DNA from: Mactra antiquata
Lineage: Eukaryota
Length of the DNA: 64,000 bases
NCBI GenBank assembly: GCA_047288015.1
Contig: CM103820.1
Coordinates: 86,515 to 150,514 of the forward strand
Reading direction: 5' to 3'
Both the position numbers and the translations under genes were made by a program. The notes under the pieces are model-generated. The model was not told the DNA's origin and made no database searches. It saw only the letters and a program-made list of their open reading frames with translations. This document shows positions 24,245 to 35,159 of this stretch, in pieces (positions within the stretch are counted from its first letter, which is position 1; the number at the start of each line of letters is the position of its first letter).

Positions 24245-24435
24245 CCACCGGCTAGCTCAGGCGGTATCACGTCTTCCTACCAATCAAGGGGTCGCTGGTT
24301 CAATTCACAGGCGGGGTCTACATACCTTTGTGCAGTTTGGTCATGATTTTTTCTACGGCCATTCTCTCTCCTACCACTGTATCAAGTACATGCAGGGCAG
24401 TTGTCAGCCAATGTCAAGTCAAGTCAAATATTTCT
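24245..24435 (+). mobile_element. tRNA-derived SINE, 3'-truncated
   Basis: Head ggctagctcaggcggtatcacgtcttcctaccaatcaaggggtcgctggttcaattc followed by the body gtcatgattttttctacggccattctctctcctaccactgtatcaagtacatgcagggcagttgtcag. Confidence 0.65.
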
Positions 24436-25239
24436 TTATTGTCGGTATCATAGAAAATAATATTACAAACATTAGCTATGTATCGCTTTTGACCGACGTA
24501 CAGCATATAAACGACATAATTATACAAAACAATACAAACATGAGAACAAAAGTTAAATTATTAATATAATTTACAGTAACATAGACCAGATTAAAATAGT
24601 AAAACAATAAATAGTGTAAAATCTGAAAGACAAGTGGTTTATGATTATATCTGCACATATTACATACCTAAGACGGATAAAATAGAAAGTGCATTGAATT
24701 CTGTATTACTATGATATAAATTATAATAAGAATATAACTCAAGGGAGAGCACTTGTAGATATGGCTTAACTGGTCTGCCATAAATTAGTTCCCTTTGAAT
24801 TGAAATATAAGATACAAGTTATAATTAAGATTCAATTAAATGTTTTAACAGAATGAGATAATATATAAATTTACAATAAAATTAGCAATATTAATAGATT
24901 AAATGATATAAAACATTGACAAACATATAACAGTGAAACATACATGAACTATTACACGTATATTGTGTAAAAGCTAGAAACAGGTGCTAATCTTTAGTTA
25001 AAAATAAGTTAAAGAAAAAGTTCTGTTTAAATCTGAGAATGTAAATGCGCACTAACATGCAGGAATAAAAAATTGTCTGAAATCCATGAATCACCCCTGT
25101 CAGACAGTAGGTGACCTGATTAGCACCGGTTTCTAACAGATAGATAAAACAAGCTAATTAAGCATCAAACAATAAGACACATAGATAGACATTATTTACA
25201 TTGATAAAACACATTTGAGTCAGGAAATTGCAGAGCTAT

Positions 25240-25770
25240 AGCACATTATAATGTAATGTAATGTAATGTAATGTAATGTAATGTAATGTAATGTAATGTA
25301 ATGTAATGTAATGTAATGTAATGTAATGTAATGTAATGCACTGTAATGTAATGTAATGTAATGTAATGTAATGTAATGTAATGTAATGTAATGTAATGTA
25401 ATGTAATGTAATGCACTGTAATGTAATGTAATGTAATGTAATGTAATGTAATGTAATGTAATGTAATGTAATGTAATGTAATGTAATGTAATGTAATGCA
25501 CTGCAATGCACTGCAATGTAATGTAATGTAATGTAATGTAATGTAATGTAATATAATGCACTGCAATGTAATGTAATGTAATGTAATGTAATGTAATGTA
25601 ATGTAATGTAATGTAATGTAATGTAATGCACTGTAATGTAATGTAATGTAATGTAATGTAATGTAATGTAATGCAATGTAATGTAATGTAATGTAATGTA
25701 ATGTAATGTAATGTAATGCAATGTAATGTAATGTAATGTAATGTAATGTAATGTAATGTAATGTAATGCA
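25240..25770 (+). repeat. (ATGTA)n microsatellite, about 105 units with occasional ATGCA/CTGTA variants
   Basis: Direct reading of the sequence. Confidence 0.95.
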
Positions 25771-26120
25771 ATATAATGCCATGCAATACAATACAATACA
25801 ATACAATACAATACAATACAATACAATGCAATGCAATGCAATACAATACAATACAATACAATACAATACAATACAATACAATACAATACAATACAATACA
25901 ATACAATACAATACAATACAATACAATACAATACAATACAATACAATACAATACAATACAATACAATACAATACAATACAATACAATACAATACAATACA
26001 ATACAATACAATACAATACAATACAATACAATACAATACAATACAATACAATACAATACAATACAATACAATACAATACAATACAATACAATACAATACA
26101 ATACAATACAATACAATACA
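25770..26120 (+). repeat. (ATACA)n microsatellite, about 70 units, abutting the (ATGTA)n array
   Basis: Direct reading of the sequence. Confidence 0.95.
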
Positions 26121-26355
26121 GTTTACAGGTACATACTTGTACATCACTATGTAAACAGATATTTAACTATGCGATAGAAAGGGGGAAAAATACATGTGTT
26201 AAAAACAAATAATAGTAAACACATTAAGCAGCAAAAGAATAAAAATAATAAGATGTATTAACATGGATAAAGCACACAAAGCAGGCAGCTACTTAAAGCA
26301 GGTAGCGTAACACAGCAACTATTTAGCATTTGAACAGAAGCTACAAGCACAGCTC

Positions 26356-26860
26356 TCATCCTCCCAGGATGAGATTATCATTTTCACAAAGTACTGTATC
26401 TTTTTGTGTTTTACAACCTTTGTTAGTTAGAAATGGTTTGACTGTTGACCAGAAATCCTTTGAATTGCATCCTCCTACACATCTGTCTATGAAATACTTA
26501 TTCATTGATTTACGTTTCAGTTTTGTAACCAAATTTCTCTGTTTTCTGTATTTTTCCCAATTTTTAGATGATTTATGTTTGTTGAACTTATTTAAAAGCA
26601 TTCTTTTCAAATAAATGGCCTGTTTAAGTGCTTTGTTCATGAACGGTACAGGTTTGTTTAACACTTTTCTCTGTTTTAAGGGTACATGTTTGTTTATGAC
26701 AGATGGCAGAACCTGGTTAAATTTATTGTAGGAACAGTTTGCATCATTACTAAATTCTGTATTTGAAAATTCCTTTAAAAGATCACTGTTAAAACTATCA
26801 ACATCAAAATTTTTGAAAGACCTGTAAGTAATATATACTTTGACAGCAGTAACATGTCTA
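26356..26860 (-). mobile_element. LINE ORF2 fragment (linker between AP-endonuclease and RT), truncated
   Basis: The minus-strand frame reads ...YNKFNQVLPSVINKHVPLKQRKVLNKPVPFMNKALKQAIYLKRMLLNKFNKHKSSKNWEKYRKQRNLVTKLKRKSMNKYFIDRCVGGCNSKDFWSTVKPFLTNKG.... This fits the conserved haP...pW...l...i..R..l.r...........y...rN.........K..y....l.......fW...K motif region that lies 5' of RT in many non-LTR elements. Confidence 0.55.
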
Positions 26861-27144
26861 TTGGATAGAAAATTGCATCCGAAAATAGGCTATTTTATAC
26901 TGGCGCCATATTCTTACACCGTCTTTTTAATCCAAATAAGACCTACCCGAGTGTTTCCCTATATTATTAATATACAGCAGTAAGATGTCGGCCGAATACA
27001 AAATTTCATCCGAAAATAGGGCTATTTCTAATTCTTAATTATGCTTGTTTATCAGACAATATAGTGTTACATATTCTTTTATGGGCTGTACCATTTAAAA
27101 ATAATGCTGTACTAGCTGTAACAAAAGTTTCATCACTTTAGCCT

Positions 27145-27515
27145 ATCTTACTGCCAACTTCACATTTGTATATAGAAACGTGAAGTTGGCAGTAACAGCA
27201 GGAACAGCAGTAAGATAAAATAAATGGAAAATGATGTTATCTTATATTTAGTAAAAATTCTTGTATTATGGACATTTGGATTAAGATCATCAAAGTTCGA
27301 CTTAACTTTGAGAAGGAAATAAAACATGGCAGTACTACGTTACTGTTACTTGTGATCTTACTGCTAGCGTGAACAACAGTAAGATGGATCTTACTGCTGG
27401 AATGTTAATCTTACTGCCAGCAGTAAGATAAAACTACTGCAGTAAGATCCATCTTACTGTTGTTACTGCTGTTCCTGCTGTTACTGCTAACTTCACATCC
27501 ATATGAAGACAAATG
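27145..27515. mobile_element. Hairpin / MITE-like inverted repeat
   Basis: 27148-27215 (tcttactgccaacttcacat...gcagtaagat) is the reverse complement of 27440-27510. The interior contains multiple cagtaagat motifs. Confidence 0.5.
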
Positions 27516-27671
27516 TATTACATAATTTAACATTGTGCATACATGTAAAATGTTGATAAGCGTACATGAATCAATATCGATTCTACAATTGAAAAATGTA
27601 TAAACAGTCACACATATAATAAAATAAAATAAAAATAATTATTAGGTTTGTCATATTTTCACAATTCTATT

Positions 27672-28065
27672 TTAAAAAGTCAGAGTCTAGAAGGTAAAAG
27701 ATTAGATCGACTATGTCTTGATAATCTCTGTATATTGGATTAAAATACCACCAACACATAACACTTTAATTATTGTTTATTATACAACGTTTCGCCATAC
27801 GAGGCTTCTTCAGGTATAAATAACAATACAATAAACGGAAACAACCCGGCCAATGACGTAACGTCATCGCGCGAAAATTCATGCAATAAAAAAGCGGAAA
27901 ATGGTTATAAACGGTTATAAATACATTAAAATAGATACACAAATAAAAACATTATACAAACATTAAAATATTAAAACATGTGTATCAAATACCAATATAA
28001 AATACAATACAAATAGATTTGATTAGATTTAGATTAGATTTTTTTATAATCTCTGGGTTCCGAGA
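27672..28065. mobile_element. Disrupted copy of the 10250-10395 palindromic MITE carrying a roughly 300-bp internal insertion
   Basis: 27672-27735 and 28043-28065 match the right half of the 10250 element (agtctagaaggtaaa.gattagatcgactatgtcttgataa.ctctg and ggttccgaga). Confidence 0.4.
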
Positions 28066-28871
28066 GTGTACAACGATATGCTACAGCAGTTGAATCTCCC
28101 ACTACTTCTTCTTGTGTATACACTTGGTGAAAGGGCACGCACGTGCTAGAAATCAAATCTGGACACCATATGTCTCCATTACAACGTTACTTAAGTTCTA
28201 TCAGGGATAATTTAAAAACTCTGATCATTGTATTATTTTTAAATACCTCTACGATACTACGGTGGGGTGTGACTGTGTGTCTGATGGAAATGTGTGTGAG
28301 AGAGGGTACAAATATGGATGATCATGATCGAGAGGTTGTGAATTTGTGTGAGTATGAGCAAGGACCCTATATAAACCATACCGGGTCCATGGTGTGAGAC
28401 TGTAGGAGTCTAGGTATGTTTGTTACCGCGTGACAAGTATACATTTTTGTTTCCCTCATATGTTTTTCAATACATTTATTCTGATCTGTTCTAACATTGT
28501 CGGAAGATCTGTGACTAAGCACAATCAGTGAAAACTTTTACAACTCTTACTTTGTTACAACAAATTCAGACTTGAAAAGCAGGTATAGTATGATATAATA
28601 ATGTTATATAAAATCCCTAAATAAACTTAGAGACAATATGGTGAATTCTGCTAGCCTGGGTTCGTTTAAATATAAAATATGTGAATAACTGAGAACTCCA
28701 TTCCGGTCGTCATGCTAAAGCATGAAGAGGTTACTCCCTATATTGAGTACCGCAGAAAAGGCGCCGCAGAATAAACTTGTCCGTTTCTTGGCCGCTACAT
28801 ACACTTACCAATGACTGATTGATTTCTGAAGTTTTAGTTAATTAAGTTGACAAAGTTTTGACATTGAAATA

Positions 28872-28931
28872 ATGAATTCAGGTAGCATCATTGGACTTGC
28901 TCCGTATCAGTTCGTCCATATCTTGGATTTG
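28872..28931 (+). CDS. MVP: MVP exon 1 (coding part), start codon
   Basis: ATG preceded by an in-frame TAA. Encodes MNSGSIIGLAPYQFVHILDL, matching human M..FIIRIPPYHYIHVLDQ. Donor gtaaga at 28932. Confidence 0.8.
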
Positions 28932-29559
28932 GTAAGAACGATTGCTGCTGTCAATGTCTTGTATTTCATATATTAGGCGAGCTTTACGTCATATCACCAG
29001 GAAGAATTAAAGTGTTTATGACGTATTGATTTATTAATGACAACTAAATTGCACTTCAGAAAATGAAGCCTTTCAATTCATATTACCCATTCATGTAATG
29101 TATTTATTAAGATTATAGTTGATAAAAATGTTGACTGTGGTTTATACATGTATCAGAATAAAGAATAAAGGTGCACTGCTGAGTTCAGCATTTTCAGCAC
29201 ATCTGAGATTGGGTCCAGACTTTATGTTGGACTTGGGAGATGATGATTAGGGTTTTGTTTTTACTGGGGTCCATCTGCCTCAAATGAGTGTATTTTGTGC
29301 AGAACCTGACTATACATTACCAGAAATTTGCCTTTTTGTCTAGTGGAACCTGTTGGACTTTAGCAGAATTTGATAAATTTCACAATAGGAAATTTGCCTT
29401 AAAATTGACCAGTAAACCTTTTTTTCTGAAAGACATTTGTACAGGTTACCCTCTGACTTAGTTTTGTTTCTGGCATTGACAAAAAGTGGCAAAATTTGAG
29501 AATTTTCAATGTCCTTTTCTGCTTTAAGCTGGATAAAGGTAATTTCAAGTGCAAACAGG

Positions 29560-30000
29560 TGTAATGTGAACCGAGTCATTGGTAATCCTGAGTGTAGTCA
29601 CCCATCCAACCTCTAACCTCATAGGACATTGCTTAACTATGCAATGTGTCCATAGTTCTACATTCTGACTGTAAAAGCCAGCTTCCCAGTCAGACTGCAG
29701 AAGTTGTATATATATACTCGATCGCGTTACATTACTCTCCTCTCTAAAAAGTCTTGTCCTGAGACTTGGCCCTGGGATACTATGGGTAAGGCAACTTACA
29801 GCAGTTGACTTCATCCAACCGCTGCCACCAAATTTGTAATGTGTACCGAACTGTTAGCAATCCCTGTGGTCATCCATCATACATCTAAACACAGGGCATT
29901 GCTTAACTATGCAACGTGTCCAACGTTCTATGTTCTGACCGTAAAAGCCGGCTTTCCAGTCAGACTGCAGAATTTGTATATATACTCAACCGCATTACAC
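29560..30000 (+). repeat. Dimeric dispersed repeat (unit-linker-unit), copy in MVP intron 1
   Basis: Same architecture as 1590-2045. The linker contains gtcttgtcctgagacttggccctggga...gggtaaggcaact. Confidence 0.7.
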
Positions 30001-30958
30001 AGAGAAAGGACTAAGCAGCTATATTTGTGCTTTTTTATCAGGCTGGTTTGTCTGTATAATGCCAAGGCATGTAGTCTTACCATTCTGTAAATACATCGTT
30101 AACATATACCTGTAATCATTACCATTTCTTGAAACTGTCATGTACATGTATGTATTCTTAGTTTTCTTTATCAATTCTCATGTATTACTTTTCATAGTTA
30201 AGAAAATAAAGTAATGTTCTGTTCTGTTCTAAATACAATAAAGAGTAAACAATATTAAAAATCAACATTCCTTCAGAATAACTTAATTTATATCTAACTT
30301 CTCTTTTCTCTAAAAAAGATCATTAATGTTTATGCCAGGGCTGTTTAACAGAAAGAAAATGGTTAAGGCAGCTGAAAAGGTTAAGATTTAAGCTTTTTGT
30401 AAAATGCTCTTAGTGGCAGTTAATATTAATAAGACTTTGTAAAGCCACTATATCAAGACTGTTTTTAAAACCTGTACATGACTATAAAAAAATGGAAACA
30501 ATTAACTGATACAGATTTGTGTTGTATCAATTTACCATTGTTTTTATTGTCAAAGGTCATTTCAACATAATATCTTTCAACGTTATTAATTGCATGCTGA
30601 AGTGAAAGTAGATCAAAATCGAAAGTAGAATTCGAAAGGTTTTTTTTACTGAAAATGAGTTTTGATCACAAACTGGTTGAAATAGAGTCTAATGAAAGAT
30701 TAAACAACCTCCAAGTTACTTTGAATTACTTTGAATCATTTGTATTTATCATAAACAAACACATGTGTACTGAGCTCTCCCTTTTTAAGTAATGGCCACT
30801 TTGTTAAACTTAAACTTGGAAAGCAAAATAGACTAAGTAATTTTGTGTCCAAAGCTTGTTATTTTTTATTGACTTTAAGGTTGTGAGACCATTTTTGTAT
30901 GTGATGTAAATGAATATACTTTAGTATACTGGTGTTATCCTGATTATTTTTTCCTCAG

Positions 30959-31092
30959 AACACCAATATTACAAGAGTTGAAAAAGGTCCACAGTCAATT
31001 GTGCTAGCTTCAAATGAAAGATTGGTTCATGGACCTGTACCTATGATAGTGATACCACCAGCTCATTACTGTGTAGTTAAAGATCCAATGTG
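30959..31092 (+). CDS. MVP: MVP exon 2
   Basis: Acceptor ttttttcctcag. Encodes NTNITRVEKGPQSIVLASNERLVHGPVPMIVIPPAHYCVVKDPM, matching human [44 protein letters not shown]. Donor gtaagt. Confidence 0.9.
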
Positions 31093-31604
31093 GTAAGTAT
31101 GAATCATTTTATAACCTGGAAACACTCTACCATGTTACCACAATAGTTTGTGTAACTGGATAGAAATTTATGGCTCAAACTGGGATTGTACCCAGGACCT
31201 TTCAAGCCATAAGCAGACACTGTACCATGCCACCATAAAAGCTAGCTTGAAGGCAAGGGAGTACAAGTGCAATTTTATATCTCTGCTACATAACCCCCTC
31301 CTTACTAGAATTTGTCCTCGAATTGTTAGAGCTTGAATGTCAGTGGGACAATCTAAGGGTGCATTCCCAGAAACTCGAGTAGGTTATTTTTGTTGGGCGC
31401 CATTTGTAACCTGATAAAAATTCATGGCCCAAACTGGGATTAAACCCAGGACCTAGCCATAAAGCTAGCTTGAAGGCAAGGGAGTACAAGTGCAGTATTA
31501 TACCTCTGCTACATTAGCTTGAAAGCCAGGTAGTGGTAGTGTCATGTGCTATCATACAAAACAATGTAGTCTGACAATGCCAGTGCCTATATTGAAATAT
31601 TGGT

Positions 31605-31915
31605 TTGTTTGTTTGTTTTGGGTTAAACGCCGTAGCAACACATTGTATAGGTCATATCACGGCGGTCAGTCAACCTACTCACCGTTCCTGAAAAGGCTAA
31701 ATCTCTGGATTTAGCTGTTAACCAGTTACTAGGCGCATACTTCCGTCAGTGACTGACAACTGCCCTACATGATTTAGAATCAGTGGTAGGAGGGAGAATG
31801 ACCGTAGAAAAATTTCATGACCAAGCTCCACGAAAGTATGCCTCGCCCGGGGATCGAACCCACGACCCCTCGATCAGTAGACTTGCGCGCTACCGACTGA
31901 GCTACCCGGGCGAGA
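31605..31915 (-). mobile_element. tRNA-derived SINE family S1 (MVP intron 2)
   Basis: Reverse complement of the consensus seen at 47075-47395. The head's acceptor stem pairs (gcccggg/cccgggc) but the D and anticodon stems are degenerate. Confidence 0.8.
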
Positions 31916-31984
31916 AATATTGGTATGAAGAGGAATTAAATAATGATAACAAATTGTTTTATTTCTTGTGATTTTTTTTCGGGT

Positions 31985-32650
31985 TTTCATTGACACAGAA
32001 TTCCTGCGTCCCTGACGCCAAAATAGATCCCAAGACCCCTAATATGTCATAGTCTGCATCCCCTGGGATGCACAAATCTATAGAAACTTAGGTATTAGAA
32101 TTACATTGATTAAAGGCACTTGTTCACAGATTTGGTTAATTTTTTTGATATTTTAATATAACCTGCCGGTGTCTGTAATTTTACTAAGAAAATGAATGCT
32201 TAATATTGTAAGACAAACTGACCTACAGATTGTGAGAAATATAAGATAAATGTCACAATAAATGCCTTAAATTATCTATACCGTTACATACGAGGTAGGT
32301 TTTTATGCATAAAATCACCATATTTTACAGCTGTATGCCAATCTGCACTACAATTGTCATTATCAGAACACTGCTTTACTGTTTCCAAAATGTTTCTATA
32401 CAATTTTAAGAGTTTTAGAAACGTTGATTTTTAAGTTGAAATCTGTGAACGAGTAACTTTAACATTAAAACAATTAGCATTTTTCAGTTTTTGCAAGAAA
32501 TAATTGCCATTAATAGATGTTCTTTAAGGAATAATATGGAATTTAGTAAATTATATTATAATTTATAAAGTGGAACCCCCAGATTCCTAACCAGGACCCT
32601 CAAAAAATCAGCATGAGAATCCCTTGGACCCCTAATGGGAAATCCTGAAT
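31985..32650 (+). mobile_element. Unclassified non-autonomous element family E, full-length copy (MVP intron 2)
   Basis: Its termini match the deleted copy at 18418-18724 in reverse orientation. Confidence 0.6.
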
Positions 32651-32798
32651 AAAAAAAAAAATCAAATATTTTAATGCTCATCTGGTAACAATTACATGTT
32701 TTATAAAGCTTATTGAGATTGGAGCTAAAATTACCTATTATACAAAAATAGTAATCATAAATTATTGAACTCATTACTGTTGTTGCTTTCACTTTCAG

Positions 32799-32862
32799 CA
32801 AATATGTTGCAGGAAAGTTATGTGAATTGAAACTTGGACAATCAGAAGTGAGATTTCATTCA
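32799..32862 (+). CDS. MVP: MVP exon 3
   Basis: Acceptor ctttcactttcag, donor gtaagt. The phase (2 in, 0 out) links exons 2 and 4. Encodes (C)KYVAGKLCELKLGQSEVRFHS, a weak match to GQVRLRHADLEIRLAQ. Confidence 0.65.
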
Positions 32863-33049
32863 GTAAGTAAAACTTTTTAATGTAATGCCTTTAAAATAGT
32901 TTTGAATAATGTCAAACTATAAAGAATGTTTTACATTGTTTTGTGTAGCCATGGTAACTAGATAGAAATTATCTATATTTTGAAGTAGATGTTTACATTA
33001 TAGTAGAAATCCAACTTGTGAGTATAAGAGATATTTTGTTGTTTTTTTG

Positions 33050-33360
33050 TTTTTGGGTTTAACGCCATAGCCACACATTATATAGGTCATATCAAGGTGG
33101 TCAGTCAACCTACTCACCGTTCCTGGAAAGGCTAAATCTCTGGATTTAGCTGTTAACCAGTTACTAGGCGCATACTTCCGTCAGTGACTGACAACTGCCC
33201 TACATGACTTTAGAATCAGTGGTAGGACGGAGAATGGCCATAGAAATTATTTCATGACCAAGCTCCATGAAAGTATGCCCCACAGGGGAATCGGACCCAT
33301 GACCCCTCGATCAGTAGACTTGTGCACTACCAATTGAGATAGTCCGGCGGGTTATAAGAG
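33050..33360 (-). mobile_element. tRNA-derived SINE family S1 (MVP intron 3)
   Basis: About 90% identical to 31605-31915. Confidence 0.8.
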
Positions 33361-33676
33361 ATTTGATTGTACATTTGTGTACCTTGTTATTTTTTTTCTC
33401 CATGGGGGTGATTGATATTGTGAACATCAACAACATATTTTATTGTGGTTAGGGGTCTTAAGCTTATACACAATCATACACAGTAGATACAGATATTCTA
33501 TTTAACATATTAAACATGGCTTGACAATAGTAAATACTGGAGATCAAGAAATCAAGCATGAAATACAAACATTGATTTTTAGCAATAATGTGTAGAAAAC
33601 TTTGTACTGCCTGCGCACAGATGGAAAAACCCATTTTTAGTTAATGTGTAACATTTTCTTGTGTTGATGTTTTCAG

Positions 33677-33865
33677 GAACCATTTTGTTTGTACCCTGGT
33701 GAGACATTAGAAGGTGATATAAAACCTCAACCTGTTATAAATGCTAATCATGCTATACGTTTAAAGGCAGTATTTGATCACACTGACTCTGAAGGTGTGG
33801 TTAGAAAAGCTGGAGACATATGGCAGATTGAAGGACCTTTATTATTCTTCCCTAATACAAATAGT
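33677..33865 (+). CDS. MVP: MVP exon 4
   Basis: Encodes EPFCLYPGETLEGDIKPQPVINANHAIRLKAVFDHTDSEGVVRKAGDIWQIEGPLLFFPNTNS, matching human [59 protein letters not shown]. Donor gtaaga. Confidence 0.9.
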
Positions 33866-34737
33866 GTAAGACAAATATACTTTGTATTTTTTGTTGTTTA
33901 TTTAGATGTAATGCTATCACCCTTTTTCAGTTATTTATGGCATCTGGCTCACCTAACCAGCTTTCCTGGACTCTCCTTTTACCAATACTCGCTAACACTT
34001 CCACATATAGCTAATAGTGTCTCCCTGTACATTAATATCAAATTCTCATGGAATGGTAGGACTTCACTGACCAATAACCATATCCAGGTGGCCAACAAAC
34101 TGAGCATAATTATCAAATGTGATTGGTTGAAAGCAACATGTATGACTTAAACCAAATGACTTTTTTTGTATTAAGTACAGTATACATGTATTTTATCAAT
34201 ATTGTAAGATACTAGGCATGTATTTTATATCAGACTAATGCTTATTAATTATTGTGTAACATAGATGTTTTTTCTATCATAAAGTACTTGTGGTGTAGCT
34301 GTGTAGTTATGATACTGGACTTGTAATTATTGGATAGCCAGCTCTGCATTGGTTTGAATCACATCCTAAATCCACTACGCTGTTTCCTCCAGCCAGAAAC
34401 TTTCTCCTCATTGGTTAGTACTGGTGGACAGTGAACTCTAGAGTGGTCAATCTAAGTTGTAATAACTTGTTTCACAATCTAGCTAAAATAAATTGGTATT
34501 AACTAAACCCATAGTTTATAGTATAGTTTACACAAAGTTACTTTTGCTTTAAATGTTAGACAAGTTCTTGGAACATTTAATTGTACTACACTTATACTTG
34601 TATATATATCACTTTAAATTCAACTTCTTGGTCTTAAATTCAAGTATTTAGAGTTCTTGCTCAAAGTACTATGAGGTTGGTTTTGCATGGATTTTAAGTG
34701 GAGCTTCTGTGAGTACCTGGAGCTAACTATCCAGAGA

Positions 34738-34843
34738 TAGGGTATGTAAGTCTCGTTTACTGATGTACCTGGAAGTTAGAAAATATCGTAAAATCTCGGA
34801 GGTCACATGACGCGACTTACATACCCTATTACCTGTCCAATGT
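34738..34843. mobile_element. Short palindromic MITE family F (TIR tagggtatgtaagtc), MVP intron 4
   Basis: The ends tagggtatgtaagtctcg... and ...cgacttacataccctatta are inverted complements. A longer copy lies at 57660-58105. Confidence 0.6.
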
Positions 34844-34929
34844 AATAACCAGTTAGTTACACCAGTCTTGTCATATACCTGTAGAAAAAGTACCTTGTAG
34901 AAATGATTAAATTGTTTTATCTCTTACAG

Positions 34930-35021
34930 AAGATATTGGGGATAAAGGCACCAGAAGTAATACGTGTTGACCAAGCATTAAAACTTAGAGCTTTACAAGA
35001 CTTTACTGATAAATCTGGGAG
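34930..35021 (+). CDS. MVP: MVP exon 5
   Basis: Acceptor tctcttacag. Encodes KILGIKAPEVIRVDQALKLRALQDFTDKSG(R), matching human [30 protein letters not shown]. Confidence 0.88.
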
Positions 35022-35159
35022 GTTTGTAATTTTATACTGTTTCAATTTACTAGAGTATTGCTATGAAACATACGATTGGAAAAATAAAAACATTACTGCA
35101 AGAGACAGTTTTAATTATTTGTTAAAGTGATTCAATAATGTTTGAGAATACCATCTATA

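Noticed and set aside
25220-26212. Long ORFs (up to 303 codons) on both strands encoding YCIVL.../QYNTI... repeats
   Set aside because: These are translations of the (ATGTA)n and (ATACA)n microsatellites. They have no codon structure other than the repeat period, so they are artefacts.
28143-28397. 84-codon ORF upstream of the MVP start
   Set aside because: It has no similarity to anything recognisable and no splice or Kozak context. It lies in the presumed MVP promoter region and was treated as a chance ORF.
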